DNA from: Ignavibacteriota bacterium | GTDB lineage: Bacteria > Bacteroidota > Ignavibacteria > Palsa-1295 | Assembly (NCBI GenBank): GCA_963787835.1 | Contig: CAWBEI010000003.1 | Location: 384,001 to 448,000 of the forward strand | Direction: 5' to 3' | DNA length: 64,000 bases | Shown here: piece by piece, positions 21,160 to 32,156 of the stretch | How positions within the stretch are numbered: the stretch's first letter is position 1 | Layout of the letters: every line of letters starts with the position of its first letter | The notes under the pieces: model-generated | The model's input: the letters and a program-made list of their open reading frames with translations, nothing else | Told to the model about the DNA's origin: nothing | The model's database searches: none | Translations under genes and position numbers: made by a program

Positions 21160-22125
21160 TTAGGAGAGTTTCAAGATCGTAATGAGGGATGTTACCGCAA
21201 CGATGATCCAAAGCAACACCCCCATCATAAGCGGACGCACTCCAACATTTTTCAATGCCTGCCGGGAAAGTCCGGCGCCAATGAGAAATAGAGTCAGCGA
21301 GAGAAGCGCTTTTGCAACGGTAATTATGCCACCGTAAATTTCGCTCCCATCTGGTAAAAGTGTTCGAACCAGGGATGCTACTACGAAAAGTGCAATGAAC
21401 CATGGAATCTGAAGTTTGGGCGTGCCAACAAGCTCATTTTTGTGATGCGCCCGGTCGTAGCGTGCTTCCAGATAGGCAAAAAAGAATGCAACTGGAATGA
21501 TCCAGAGTGCGCGCGTGAGTTTTATCGTTGTTCCAACTTCGAGAGCGTGTTTGCCATAGCTTGCTGCTGCCCCAACTACGCTCGAGGTATCGTGAATGGC
21601 AAGTGCAGCCCACAATCCGAACGAGTCCTCCGTCATGGCAAAAGCGTGCCCGATGATCGGAAAAAGGAACAGCGCAATTGCGTTTAGAATGAAGACCGTT
21701 CCGAGCGAGACCGACATTTCTTCATCGTTGGCCTTGATAACCGGACCAACCGCCGCGATCGCGCTTCCTCCGCAAATAGCGGTGCCAACTGCGATCAACA
21801 TTGATGCTTTACGCTCGACCTTTAGCGCGCGCCCTATCAGCATCCCGATCGCAAGCGTCGCACTGATCGTTATCAGCGTAATAAAAAATCCGTGTGCGCC
21901 CACGCGGAGTACCGTCGTAAAATCAAGCCCGAATCCCAATCCTACCACTGCCGCCTGCAAGGTGTACTTCGAGGCAAGCTTCGATGGTTTTGGAAAAGGG
22001 TTCCCAACGGAGATCGCCATCGCGATCCCTAACAACAGTGAAAGCGCGGGACTGCTCCACTGCGAAAGCGCGAATAGGACAAGCATCCAAAAGAGAACGG
22101 CACGAAATTGTGACATGAGCGACAT
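21160..22125 (-). CDS. YeiH / putative sulfate exporter family membrane protein
   Basis: GTAICGGSAIAA, AIHDTSSVVGAA, IKLTRALWI; start uncertain (22116 or 22125). Confidence 0.88.
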   Translation of the reverse strand: MSLMSQFRAVLFWMLVLFALSQWSSPALSLLLGIAMAISVGNPFPKPSKLASKYTLQAAVVGLGFGLDFTTVLRVGAHGFFITLITISATLAIGMLIGRALKVERKASMLIAVGTAICGGSAIAAVGPVIKANDEEMSVSLGTVFILNAIALFLFPIIGHAFAMTEDSFGLWAALAIHDTSSVVGAAASYGKHALEVGTTIKLTRALWIIPVAFFFAYLEARYDRAHHKNELVGTPKLQIPWFIALFVVASLVRTLLPDGSEIYGGIITVAKALLSLTLFLIGAGLSRQALKNVGVRPLMMGVLLWIIVAVTSLITILKLS

Positions 22126-22215
22126 ATAGGTAAATTTGGCAATGGATGGTTCTCGCAGGAAACCGAACATCCTGCACTTTGTTTTGAATGAAGTCTTTTT
22201 CAAACAACCTTATTT

Positions 22216-22905
22216 ATGCAAAACTTTTTCGATCGTCTGGACGCCGCTATTGCGGAATATTCACTGCTCAAACATCCATTTTATCAAGCCTGGAGCGCCG
22301 GAACGCTCACTCCGGAAACGCTCAGAACGTATGCGGGGCAGTATTACCAATTTGAAAGCCGCTTCCCAACCTTCTTGAGCGCTGTGCATGCAAATACCGA
22401 GAGCATTACTCACCGCCAGCAATTGCTTGAAAACTTAATGGAGGAAGAACGCGGCGAAGTCAACCATCCTGAATTATGGCTCCGTTTTTCAGACAGCTTG
22501 GGTGCAACCCGCGATGAGATCAAGCACGCTGTTGCATTTCCGGAAACTGCAAACCTGATCGACACGCTCCGCACGATCACTCGTGAGAATGATACCCTCG
22601 AAGGAGTCGCAGCACTCTATGGATATGAATCGCAAATTCCTGAAATATCTCACACCAAGATCGAGGGGCTTACCACACATTACAATGTGACAACCGATAC
22701 CGGACTAGCATTCTTCCGTGTACACGAACAAGCGGACGAAATGCATCGCCGCGCAGAACGAGATCTGCTCGCTGAATTAATTCAATCCCGCGAAGATGAA
22801 GACCGGGCTATCGCTTCGGCGCAACGCGTGGCCATCGCATTCTGTGGAATGCTCGATGGGATCGTCCGCGAGTGCGACGTGGACTGCGCGGTCGTCGCAA
22901 ACTAA
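22216..22905 (+). CDS. CADD/CT610-family heme-oxygenase-like diiron protein (putative pABA synthase)
   Basis: HPFYQAW, ENLMEEE, NHPELW, LYGYESQIP, HEQADEMH; TAAATTTG promoter at ~22131. Confidence 0.85.
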   Translation: MQNFFDRLDAAIAEYSLLKHPFYQAWSAGTLTPETLRTYAGQYYQFESRFPTFLSAVHANTESITHRQQLLENLMEEERGEVNHPELWLRFSDSLGATRDEIKHAVAFPETANLIDTLRTITRENDTLEGVAALYGYESQIPEISHTKIEGLTTHYNVTTDTGLAFFRVHEQADEMHRRAERDLLAELIQSREDEDRAIASAQRVAIAFCGMLDGIVRECDVDCAVVAN

Positions 22906-22929
22906 AGTTTGCGCTACATCCGGTTCCAA

Positions 22930-23268
22930 TTATTTCGTAGCAATTACGGTAGCGAGTTCAATGGGGTTGCCCCAATGATGCGCTCCGAGTTGCGTGGAAT
23001 CTAATTGACCGGTAAAGGCAATTCTCAGGCCGTCTGTCCGAAATCTTACATCGAGATTTTTGGGTTCGAACTGACCACCCTTGTCAGTGAGAATACCATA
23101 AAATCCCCCATTTGATTCTCGAAAAACAACGGTCCCACCGGAAGACACAGCCGCCTGCTGTGTGATCTGACCTGCCTTACTTGGGCCAGTGGTATCGCAT
23201 CCCGCGATCGACACGTTCAGCATGATAGCCGTAACTACCATGATTCCTAATGACTTACACGTTTTCAT
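22930..23268 (-). CDS. hypothetical lipoprotein
   Basis: Lipobox IAGC after a hydrophobic stretch. Confidence 0.75.
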   Translation of the reverse strand: MKTCKSLGIMVVTAIMLNVSIAGCDTTGPSKAGQITQQAAVSSGGTVVFRESNGGFYGILTDKGGQFEPKNLDVRFRTDGLRIAFTGQLDSTQLGAHHWGNPIELATVIATK

Positions 23269-23410
23269 GGCTTTTCAAGAGTGGAATTGATTCCAGAAGC
23301 ATTCCCATAATCATTCCTGCTCCTATTAGAATAACACGCCAACCCGCTCAGAGTTACATGATGTTAATAACTTTTCAGTACTCAATTACTACTTAGTTGC
23401 TGCCTGACAG

Positions 23411-24097
23411 CTACTTTGCAAGGCTGAAAAATTCCGTTTTCTCGAACGAATGGATGAGGATGGTTCCGGCTCGCACCAACCCGACAAGGATCTTCGATGC
23501 CCTTCGTTTGCTGATATTGACAAGGTCGGCAAACTCTTCAACCGTGATCCTTTCGTGGCGTTCGAGAAATTGGAACAATACTTTTTCATTGTAACCGATC
23601 GAAAGTTTCAGTGGTGCGCCGTGGGGAGCCTGGCCACGCATCACGCTCATCATTTCTCGGCTGGCCTGCACGGATTTATCTTCGAAGCGAACGAACCCGG
23701 TGTGCGATTGCTCTTTCATTCGCTTACCCGACGCATCATACTCCACCAGCGTATGTGGCTTCGTGGCACTTTCGGGAACTCGGACGAGCACAACATCTAA
23801 ACCACGGCCTGCGTGAACGTTCTCCGTGATAATCTCGACGGGAGGCTCGATCATCCATCGTGCGGCATGTTCGATCTCTTCGAGTTCAGATTTTTCGCTT
23901 CGCACGCCAACGACGGTTCCATCGTCATCCACGCCAAAGAGCAGGTAACCGCCCCGTGTATTCGCGAACGCAATGATCTCCCGGGCAATTTTTTCCGGTG
24001 ACGAGAACTGCCGCTTGAATTCGACGTCCGAGCCTTCGCCGGATTCGATCAGGTCATACAGTTCGTGCCGACGGATCGGATTAGATATGGGTCGCAT
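23411..24097 (-). CDS. Schlafen AlbA_2 domain plus C-terminal winged HTH protein
   Basis: EGSDVEFK, IIAFANTRGGYLLFGVDDDG; C-terminal HTH. Confidence 0.88.
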   Translation of the reverse strand: MRPISNPIRRHELYDLIESGEGSDVEFKRQFSSPEKIAREIIAFANTRGGYLLFGVDDDGTVVGVRSEKSELEEIEHAARWMIEPPVEIITENVHAGRGLDVVLVRVPESATKPHTLVEYDASGKRMKEQSHTGFVRFEDKSVQASREMMSVMRGQAPHGAPLKLSIGYNEKVLFQFLERHERITVEEFADLVNISKRRASKILVGLVRAGTILIHSFEKTEFFSLAK

Positions 24098-24108
24098 CGT
24101 TTTTCCTA

Positions 24109-25035
24109 TTAATGCAAAATAGTGTCGCCGACTCCAGTAATGCACAGATAAATCGTGTGTCTCGAAAGGAGATAACATGCTTTAGTCTGATAGACGAAAC
24201 TTTCGAACGATGATGTATCGGATGTATCGGATCGCACGATCTTCCATGCGCCTTGCGTCATTAGGGTTCCAGATTGAAATAGGTAAACAAAAGGTTGATC
24301 GGCAGCGAGGGCATAGATCTTTCCACCCCATGATGAGATCGAGCGCACCATTCCTGGCAACGAAATCCTCGAAATAAAGTTACCCAAGTTATCGTACTCC
24401 ACAAGCGATGTTCCACCATTATCGAGGACGATCAAATGCTGCTGGTTATCTATCGCCAGCGCAACAGGATTGGAAAGAATAGCTTCAGGCCGCGTTGCGT
24501 CCGAAAAACCACCGATGGTGCGTTCGATGGAATAATCCGACCGGGCTTTCACCACACGCTTGTTCTCGCCATCGGCGACATAGATATTTCCGCCATCATC
24601 GACCGCAACCGCCGCAGGGTAACCAAATCGGGTCGAACGATCGATGTTCTCTCGCGTGTAAAGCGTTCCCGTGTAGGTAAAATCCTTGTTGTATTGCTCG
24701 ATGCGATGATTAAAGCGATCGGAAACAAAGATAGCATTCGTTAAATGTGCGTCTATTCCAGAAGGATCATTAAATTGATAATGGTCATCTCCAAAACCAC
24801 TTAGAGAATGTAAGCTATCACCTTTGATCGAAATCTTTACAATGGAGTTATTTGAAGATTCCACAATATACGCATTCCCAAACTGATCCGTGGACATAGC
24901 CGTAGCATCACGGAAGTCATGATGCATCGCTAATGCCGTAATCGTCGCGGTTATGCCGACATAGCCCGCGCTAACCGGATGTGAAGATGAGCACGCAAGA
25001 CAGCATAGAACCGATAAATAGCAAAGAAACTTCAT
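24109..25035 (-). CDS. NHL-repeat beta-propeller (lipo)protein
   Basis: FNDPSGI, FGYPAAVAVD..GNIYVAD..N.RV repeats; LAC lipobox. Confidence 0.82.
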   Translation of the reverse strand: MKFLCYLSVLCCLACSSSHPVSAGYVGITATITALAMHHDFRDATAMSTDQFGNAYIVESSNNSIVKISIKGDSLHSLSGFGDDHYQFNDPSGIDAHLTNAIFVSDRFNHRIEQYNKDFTYTGTLYTRENIDRSTRFGYPAAVAVDDGGNIYVADGENKRVVKARSDYSIERTIGGFSDATRPEAILSNPVALAIDNQQHLIVLDNGGTSLVEYDNLGNFISRISLPGMVRSISSWGGKIYALAADQPFVYLFQSGTLMTQGAWKIVRSDTSDTSSFESFVYQTKACYLLSRHTIYLCITGVGDTILH

Positions 25036-25037
25036 CG

Positions 25038-25610
25038 CTAAAATCTCAATGTGAAACTCATCCCCACAGTCCGAGTGGCAGGATCATAATACGATTGGAT
25101 CTGGCTCGGGCTTGGATTACTGACGTCGAAATCATAGAGATTCGCAGAAACATAGGCATCGATCAAGTCAGCAATATAGGTAAGCCCAAGATAGATCCAC
25201 CATTTATCGCGGTCGTTACGGTAAAATTCCCGGTTATCTGCGTAGGCCTGGGCAAGGTTATAGGCACGAAGCGAATCGGGTCCGAATTCTCTCGCCGTTT
25301 CAAAATTAACGGAATCGATCATTGCATGATACCGGGAATTTTGAATATACACGCCATACACAAATCCTCCGATCAAGCCATAGATGATAGGTAGTTTCCA
25401 TGCCTGATCGAGATAGACTTGCCCCGCGCCGGGAATCGCCGCACTCAGCAATACCGCTTCCAGCGGTGATTTTGTCATGTGAAACGCGCCTGTGTCCGCA
25501 GCGACTACGGTGGTGTCACGCATCGAACTCAATACGGTGGATTGACCAAGCGCCGCGTGAGTTGATGCAAGGATTGAGCATGCTGCAATTATGTAAGCGA
25601 CGCGGTGCAT
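25038..25610 (-). CDS. DUF5683 family protein
   Basis: KSP..AVLLSAAIPGAGQVY...WKLPIIY, IDAYVSANL; usual neighbour of parB in Bacteroidota. Confidence 0.8.
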   Translation of the reverse strand: MHRVAYIIAACSILASTHAALGQSTVLSSMRDTTVVAADTGAFHMTKSPLEAVLLSAAIPGAGQVYLDQAWKLPIIYGLIGGFVYGVYIQNSRYHAMIDSVNFETAREFGPDSLRAYNLAQAYADNREFYRNDRDKWWIYLGLTYIADLIDAYVSANLYDFDVSNPSPSQIQSYYDPATRTVGMSFTLRF

Positions 25611-25978
25611 TCTATCTCCACGCGGGCCGATTTCGGAAGCGCGACGACCTGCACGGTGCTGCGCGCCGGCCTCGCGGTACCAAGCGCAATTTCATATACC
25701 TTGTTGACCGCCGCAAAATCAGCCATGTTCGTCAGATAAATGGTCGTCCGGGCAACATGCGCGAAAGTTGCACCGACCTCCTGAAGCACCGCCCACAGAT
25801 TACGCATGACCTGCTCGGTCTCTTTTTCTATGGTTCCCTGCACCAATTCGCCGGTTGCAGGATCGATCCCGATCTGACCGGAACAAAAAAGGAAGTCGCG
25901 AGAACGAACACCCTGAGAATATGGCCCAATGGGTTTCGGTGCGTTTGCGGATAAAATAGGTTCGAGTAAGCTTTCCAT
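25589..25978 (-). CDS. ridA: RidA family enamine/imine deaminase
   Basis: APKPIGPYSQ, SGQI, PARSTVQV..LP..ARVEIE. Confidence 0.92.
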   Translation of the reverse strand: MESLLEPILSANAPKPIGPYSQGVRSRDFLFCSGQIGIDPATGELVQGTIEKETEQVMRNLWAVLQEVGATFAHVARTTIYLTNMADFAAVNKVYEIALGTARPARSTVQVVALPKSARVEIECTASLT

Positions 25979-25979
25979 G

Positions 25980-26942
25980 TTATGAAGTATGGTTGATAGT
26001 TCCGAGGATTTCCTGTAATCGCTCGAATTCATCGAGCGAGTAAAACTGAATTGCGATCTCGCCGGTGTGGTCGGCTTTGATCCGAACTTTTACCTGCGTG
26101 CCGAGCGCATGCTGGAACGATGATTCGATCGCGCGAACGTTGCTCGATGGTTCGGAGCCATTTAAACTTGGTTCCGTAGGTGTCTCCTTCTTGGGCAAGT
26201 GTTCCTTTGGGGAGCTTCCATTCCGTGCAAGCGATTCCAACTTCCGAACCGAATAATGGTTACGGACAGCCTCATCCCACAGGGCATTTTGGCGAACTGG
26301 ATCCGCAATACCTAAGATGGCCTTTGCATGTCCGGTTCCAAGTGTGCCCGAGCGAAGGGAATCCTTGATACGCTCCGGAAGCTTCAGCAATCGAATGGAG
26401 TTCGCAACCGTCGTGCGATCTTTCGAAACGCGTGTTGCAACTTCTTCCTGCGCCAGGCCGCAATCTTCGATAAGGCGCTCATAAGCTTCTGCTTCTTCGA
26501 TCGGGTTTAGCTCGACGCGTTGCACATTCTCAACGATCGCCATTTCCAGCATTTTCCGGTCTGTTTCGACCTCGATAATGTAAGCTGGGATATTCGTAAG
26601 ACCCGCTTCTATCGAAGCACGTACGCGTCGCTCGCCGCTAATAAGCTCGAACCGGTCTCCAGCAACTTTTCGGACGGTGATCGGCTGAATGATGCCGTGC
26701 TCTTTGATCGATTCGGTAAGCTCTGCTAAATTTTCCGGAGAGAATTCCTTTCTCGGCTGGAGCGGATTGGGGGCTACACGCGCGATCTCGATCGCAGCAA
26801 TATGCGGCTCGTGTTGGTCGCGGACTCGCGCACCTTGGGCGGATTCGACCAGTTCGATACCGGAGTAACGCTCTTCGTCGTTGGCCGCGCCTGGTATAAG
26901 CGCGCTCAGACCCTTCCCTAATACCGATCGTGTTTTGGACAT
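25980..26942 (-). CDS. parB: chromosome partition protein ParB
   Basis: LGKGLSALI, NPLQPR, GERRVRA, ENVQR.ELNPIEEA. Confidence 0.95.
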   Translation of the reverse strand: MSKTRSVLGKGLSALIPGAANDEERYSGIELVESAQGARVRDQHEPHIAAIEIARVAPNPLQPRKEFSPENLAELTESIKEHGIIQPITVRKVAGDRFELISGERRVRASIEAGLTNIPAYIIEVETDRKMLEMAIVENVQRVELNPIEEAEAYERLIEDCGLAQEEVATRVSKDRTTVANSIRLLKLPERIKDSLRSGTLGTGHAKAILGIADPVRQNALWDEAVRNHYSVRKLESLARNGSSPKEHLPKKETPTEPSLNGSEPSSNVRAIESSFQHALGTQVKVRIKADHTGEIAIQFYSLDEFERLQEILGTINHTS

Positions 26943-26994
26943 GTTATGATAGAACCCTCCTTCTGGTGAAATAAGCTCCGAGATGCAACGAATA

Positions 26995-27807
26995 TTACGC
27001 TGTGGCCGGCTTTACGCGCGCTACGCCATGTTTCTCCGAAAGCGGCGGATTCCGCCGAACGACTTCGGCCGCAAGATCGAGATAGTTCTTCGTGCCGTTC
27101 GAGGCAGCATCGTACAACACAACGGGCAACCCAAAACTCGGAGCCTCTGAAAGCCGCACGTTGCGCACGATCAGAGTATTAAATACTTTTTCTCCAAAGT
27201 ATTTTCTTACTTCTTCCACCACCTGATTGGAGAGCTTAAGCCGGCTATCGTACATGGTCAGCAACACACCCTCGATGTCAAGCCGGCTGTTCAAATGCCG
27301 CTTCACGATGTTGATCGTATTGAGTAGCTGGCCTAGTCCTTCGAGCGCATAATATTCACATTGAACAGGGATGAGGACGCTATCGCATGCGGTCAGTGCG
27401 TTCACAGTCAAAAGGCTGAGCGAAGGAGGACAGTCGATCAGGATAACATCATATTTATCACGGATTGGCGCAAGCGCCTTCGTCATAATATACTCCCGCT
27501 CTGGGACATCGATGAGTTCAACTTCCGCACCGACAAGATTGATGTGGGAAGGAATCAGATCGAGGTTCGGGACGCCGGTCGATATGACTGCATCTTCTGC
27601 ATTCCCCGTATTAACAAGAACCTCATAGATGGTCTTGGTCAGCGTTTTAGGATCGACTCCGATCCCGCTCGTGGCATTGGCCTGGGCATCGATGTCGATG
27701 AGCAGCGTCTTATACTCCCCTACCGCAAGCGATGCAGCAAGATTGACCGCGGTCGTCGTTTTCCCGACACCGCCCTTCTGATTCGCGATCGTAATTATTT
27801 TTCCCAT
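26995..27807 (-). CDS. parA: chromosome partition ATPase ParA/Soj
   Basis: [35 protein letters not shown]. Confidence 0.95.
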   Translation of the reverse strand: MGKIITIANQKGGVGKTTTAVNLAASLAVGEYKTLLIDIDAQANATSGIGVDPKTLTKTIYEVLVNTGNAEDAVISTGVPNLDLIPSHINLVGAEVELIDVPEREYIMTKALAPIRDKYDVILIDCPPSLSLLTVNALTACDSVLIPVQCEYYALEGLGQLLNTINIVKRHLNSRLDIEGVLLTMYDSRLKLSNQVVEEVRKYFGEKVFNTLIVRNVRLSEAPSFGLPVVLYDAASNGTKNYLDLAAEVVRRNPPLSEKHGVARVKPATA

Positions 27808-27904
27808 GCGTGAATACATAACGCACGGGAGCGGTTAGCTGTTCAGATTTATTCCCGAGACATCAATTCTCTCACGTAACATGATCAGCTTCGATCAGTT
27901 ATCA

Positions 27905-28309
27905 TCACCAAATTGTCAATTCAAGCCCATCGACGTATCCAAAATGGCGGTCTTTGGTTGCCAGCGCGATCTCGTTTTGCAGTGCGATCGCGGCAATCCA
28001 AATATCATTGTCAGGAATGGGCCGACCGATTTGCTTCAGCTTGAACCGTATTGTTCCATACCAATCGGCAGTCTCCTCGTCGATCCCGAGTACTTCAACA
28101 TTTCTGAGAAAATGATGAAGCCTCCGGATATTCGATTCGACCCGAATGGAGTTATAGGCTCCAAAATAAAGTTCACCCAACACGGGAGCGGGAATTAAGA
28201 TTTGATTATGAACGAAGATATCCTCCTGCAAAGGAAGATCGCCGATAATATCGATCAGGCAATTGGAGTCGAGAAGTAGTTTACCAGCCTTCGGGGTCGA
28301 TACGCTCAC
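27905..28309 (-). CDS. vapC: VapC PIN-domain toxin (start uncertain)
   Basis: LLDSN, GELYFGA, IPDNDIWIAAIA, LATKDRHF. Confidence 0.85.
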   Translation of the reverse strand: MSVSTPKAGKLLLDSNCLIDIIGDLPLQEDIFVHNQILIPAPVLGELYFGAYNSIRVESNIRRLHHFLRNVEVLGIDEETADWYGTIRFKLKQIGRPIPDNDIWIAAIALQNEIALATKDRHFGYVDGLELTIW

Positions 28310-28514
28310 ATTCTTCCTCAATCGCTTTCTTCATGGCTTCGGCTTCTTCCTGAGAGATGATGCCACGATATTTTTTCATTTCATCCCAAGACAAACCTTC
28401 CGGAAATTTGGAAACAGTTAATCTGCGTGCGAATTTAAGTACACGCTCCTGCTGATCGGGCCGAAGGTGGTCGATCTCTTGCAAAAGCTCGTGATGTATT
28501 TCTGCTGCAGACAT
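28281..28514 (-). CDS. putative antitoxin (DUF2281-like)
   Basis: 77 aa upstream of and overlapping vapC; QERVLKFA..L and ERIDPEGW end. Confidence 0.75.
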   Translation of the reverse strand: MSAAEIHHELLQEIDHLRPDQQERVLKFARRLTVSKFPEGLSWDEMKKYRGIISQEEAEAMKKAIEEECERIDPEGW

Positions 28515-28621
28515 TTCGCTTCCTCTTTGGTGGTAACCAATAAGCTACTAAATTTGTGCCGACCACCTCCCCGCGCAATAAGCCCGCCAACCCGCTGCAG
28601 TGGGAGGCTGTATAAAAATAA

Positions 28622-29224
28622 TTATTCGATGCTTTGTCCCACTACCCAAAGCATCTTGTCTGTTAGCCGATTTCGCCGTATTGTTTCAATTCGTGACAAT
28701 GATGATATGAAGGAAGATTCGATACCTATGACGAAAGGTGCTATCTTTTCAATAAGGTAGTCCAAGGTTTGCTTCTTTTCTTCTCCAAAAATCTCGACCC
28801 TATTTTTATACTCAGAATATATATTGTTTTTCTGACCGAGAGTTTTCCGGGCGAGTGCATCCATGGGAAGAATTTTCCATGGGTTATTCAAGAAAAGAAC
28901 CTTCGACGCTAATGAGCTAAGAGTTGCACCACGACTAATATCTTCAGTCTTAAGTTTCTGAGCAAACCCATCAATGTCATCACAGCTTTCTTGCGAACAC
29001 CACTCCTTGGTCAAGTGCAACAGTTCTTCAGAACTTCCTTGACGAATGTTTCTTGCTATTCTAAACTCAACCAAAAAATTATAGAATGATCCTCGCAACT
29101 TTGAAGAATAATCATTCAAGGGAATTTGGCCATCTAAAAAGCGACGAAAGTTATCGATGTACTCAAGATCAGTCTGGTAGTATCTTAGGAATTCTCCAAT
29201 TACTTTTACTTCTCTCTCCGTCAT
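28622..29224 (-). CDS. hypothetical protein (possible HhH/glycosylase-like fold), AT-rich
   Basis: ATG 29224 just after gcvP; SLASKVLF..NP..ILPMD..AR..LG motif. Confidence 0.65.
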   Translation of the reverse strand: MTEREVKVIGEFLRYYQTDLEYIDNFRRFLDGQIPLNDYSSKLRGSFYNFLVEFRIARNIRQGSSEELLHLTKEWCSQESCDDIDGFAQKLKTEDISRGATLSSLASKVLFLNNPWKILPMDALARKTLGQKNNIYSEYKNRVEIFGEEKKQTLDYLIEKIAPFVIGIESSFISSLSRIETIRRNRLTDKMLWVVGQSIE

Positions 29225-29237
29225 GATTTCTTCACCC

Positions 29238-32156
29238 TCACACCAATTCCGCCTTTGCATCCAACGCATTCGCATGTTCATACGCTTCCATTGGCGGGCA
29301 GGTGCAAACAAGCGTACGGTCGCCATACGCATTATTGACACGCCCGACGCTGGGCCAGAATTTATTTTGTCGTAAACCATGCACGGGGTATGCGGCCTTT
29401 TCACGCGAATAGGGATGAGACCAGTGATCCGAGATCACGGATTCTGCTGTATGCGGAGCATTCTTTAGCGGGTTATCCTTGGGATCCATTACTCCATTGG
29501 CGACCGCCTCGATCTCTTCTCGAATGGCGATCATGGCATCGCAAAATCGGTCGAGCTCTTCGATCGGCTCGCTTTCTGTCGGCTCGACCATCAGAGTTCC
29601 AGCAACTGGAAAGGAAAGAGTTGGCGCATGGAACCCATAATCCATCAATCGCTTCGCAATATCTTCGACATCGACGCCAATGGATTTGAATCCGCGCATA
29701 TCGAGTATCATTTCGTGCGCCACACGGCCATGCGATCCTACATAGAGCGTCGGAAAATGTTTTTGTAATCTCGCTTTAATATAATTGGCATTCAGGATAG
29801 CAAATTGAGACGCCCGCGTAAGTCCTTCAGCACCCATCATCGCAATGTATGCGTAGGAAATAAGCAGAATGCTGGCACTTCCCCACGGCGCTGCACTGAC
29901 TGCGCCGATGCCATGTTCGCCACCGGTTCGAACGACTGCATGGGTTGGAAGAAAACGCGCAAGATGCTGCGCTACCCCGATCGGTCCCATGCCTGGGCCA
30001 CCGCCGCCATGAGGAATACAGAACGTCTTGTGCAAATTAAGATGGCATACATCCGCACCGATCGCTGCCGGGTTGGTCAACCCAACCTGCGCATTCATGT
30101 TAGCACCATCCATATAGACTTGGCCGCCATTATCATGGATGATCTTGCAAATATCCTTGATGCTTTCTTCAAACACGCCGTGGGTCGAAGGATACGTTAC
30201 CATCAGGCCTGCTAATTCATGCTTGCTGGCCTCCGCTTTAGCACGGAGATCCTCGACATCGATATTCCCTCGCTCATCCGTCTTAACGACGGATACACGC
30301 ATACCGGCCATAATGGCACTCGCGGGATTCGTTCCATGCGCCGAAGCAGGAATGAGCACAAGGTCGCGATGCGACTCCCGGCGAGACTTATGATATTCAC
30401 GGATCACCAGTAAGCCCGCATACTCCCCTTGCGCGCCGGCGTTGGGTTGCAAGGAAACAGCATCGAATCCAGTGATCTGCTTTAGCATCGATTCCAGCTC
30501 GTCGAACATTTCCAGATAGCCTTCTGCCTGTTCCAGCGGCACGAATGGATGAAGCGAGCCGAACGACCTCCACGTAATGGGAATCATTTCTGCCGTTGCA
30601 TTTAACTTCATCGTGCAACTGCCGAGCGGGATCATCCCGTGAGCCAGCGAAAAATCTTTGTTTTCGAGTAGCTTCAAATACCGAAGCATCTCGGTTTCGG
30701 AGTGATGCCGATTGAACGTGGGATGCGTGAGATACCCGGATGTACGCTTGAATGGCTCATCGTAGGTCGTATGCAGTTTCTGAGCGAGTGCAGGAAGGTA
30801 GGCCATCACGCCATCGGATGATGAAAGCGCATGTTCGAACACACTGAGGATCGCGGAAACATCGTGCATGGTCGTTGTTTCATCGAGCGAAATACCAATG
30901 GCGCGCTCATCGAAATCACGGAAATTCATTCGCGCTTTATGGGACTCCCGGCGGATTGCTTCAAGATGTGCCACGCTTTCCACTTCGATCTTCAGCGTAT
31001 CGAAGAACCGTTGGTTCCGGATTGGGAACCCTATTTCTTTTAAACCTTCGCTCAGCAGCATGGTAAGAGCGTGGATGCGCTCGGCGATCGAGCGAAGTCC
31101 TTTCGGGCCATGATACACGGCATACATCGCAGAGATATTCGCAAGCAGGGCCTGCGCAGTGCAAATATTGCTCGTTGCTTTGTCACGGCGAATATGCTGT
31201 TCGCGCGTTTGCAGCGCCATCCGGTACGCCGGGTTCCCGTACGAATCGATCGTGAGGCCAATGATACGTCCCGGCATCGACCGTTTAAATTCATCGCGCG
31301 TAGCGAAAAATGCAGCATGGGGTCCGCCGTAACCCATCGGTACCCCGAACCGCTGTGATGTCCCAACAGCAACATCTGCACCGAATTCGGCGGGCGGTGT
31401 AAGCAGAAGCAAACTCATAAGGTCACAATCAACGGCTACCAGACTGCCATTGGCATGAGCTGCGTCGCAGAATGCCCGATAATCGTAGATCTCTCCATCG
31501 CCGGCGGGATACTGCACAATAGCGCCAAAAATGTTGGGGTTCCATTCGAGCATTTCGTGATCGCCAACTAAAATTTCTACGCCGATGGCACTTGCGCGTG
31601 TTCGAAGTACATCGAGCGTTTGCGGAAAGATATTCTCTGAAACGAACAACGTTCGGGCTTCATCTTTCTTATGAACTGCCAGCATCAGATGCATGGCCTC
31701 GGCCGCGGCAGTGCCTTCATCGAGCAGCGAAGCATTCGCGATCTCAAGGCCGGTAAGATCAACGATCATCGTCTGAAAATTCACCAGCGATTCAAGGCGG
31801 CCTTGTGAGATCTCCGCCTGATACGGTGTGTACTGCGTGTACCAACCCGGATTCTCCAGTACATTTCGTAAAATGACGGGTGGCGTGATGGTATCGTAAT
31901 ACCCCATGCCAATATAGGATTTGAATACCTGATTTTTCTTCGCGAGCAATCCAACATGCGCGAGAAATTCCGTTTCCGTCATAGCTGGCTTGAGTTCCAG
32001 AGGCTGTTTTAAACGGATGGCATGTGGCACCGTCTCATCGACAAGTTCGTCCAGCGACCGAACTCCGGTCGTGGCAAGCATACGGTGGAGATCGTCCGCA
32101 TTAGGACCAATGTGACGGTCTTGAAATTTTTCGGAATAGGAAAGCAGTGGATTCAT
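29238..32156 (-). CDS. gcvP: glycine dehydrogenase (decarboxylating), P protein
   Basis: [41 protein letters not shown] (PLP lysine). Confidence 0.97.
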   Translation of the reverse strand: MNPLLSYSEKFQDRHIGPNADDLHRMLATTGVRSLDELVDETVPHAIRLKQPLELKPAMTETEFLAHVGLLAKKNQVFKSYIGMGYYDTITPPVILRNVLENPGWYTQYTPYQAEISQGRLESLVNFQTMIVDLTGLEIANASLLDEGTAAAEAMHLMLAVHKKDEARTLFVSENIFPQTLDVLRTRASAIGVEILVGDHEMLEWNPNIFGAIVQYPAGDGEIYDYRAFCDAAHANGSLVAVDCDLMSLLLLTPPAEFGADVAVGTSQRFGVPMGYGGPHAAFFATRDEFKRSMPGRIIGLTIDSYGNPAYRMALQTREQHIRRDKATSNICTAQALLANISAMYAVYHGPKGLRSIAERIHALTMLLSEGLKEIGFPIRNQRFFDTLKIEVESVAHLEAIRRESHKARMNFRDFDERAIGISLDETTTMHDVSAILSVFEHALSSSDGVMAYLPALAQKLHTTYDEPFKRTSGYLTHPTFNRHHSETEMLRYLKLLENKDFSLAHGMIPLGSCTMKLNATAEMIPITWRSFGSLHPFVPLEQAEGYLEMFDELESMLKQITGFDAVSLQPNAGAQGEYAGLLVIREYHKSRRESHRDLVLIPASAHGTNPASAIMAGMRVSVVKTDERGNIDVEDLRAKAEASKHELAGLMVTYPSTHGVFEESIKDICKIIHDNGGQVYMDGANMNAQVGLTNPAAIGADVCHLNLHKTFCIPHGGGGPGMGPIGVAQHLARFLPTHAVVRTGGEHGIGAVSAAPWGSASILLISYAYIAMMGAEGLTRASQFAILNANYIKARLQKHFPTLYVGSHGRVAHEMILDMRGFKSIGVDVEDIAKRLMDYGFHAPTLSFPVAGTLMVEPTESEPIEELDRFCDAMIAIREEIEAVANGVMDPKDNPLKNAPHTAESVISDHWSHPYSREKAAYPVHGLRQNKFWPSVGRVNNAYGDRTLVCTCPPMEAYEHANALDAKAELV

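Noticed and set aside
22216-22905. PqqC / PQQ biosynthesis
   Set aside because: No pqqABDE nearby; residue pattern fits the CADD diiron subfamily.
25472-25487. parS site or oriC near parAB
   Set aside because: Best match to TGTTTCACGTGAAACA is about 12/16 and intragenic; no DnaA-box cluster seen.
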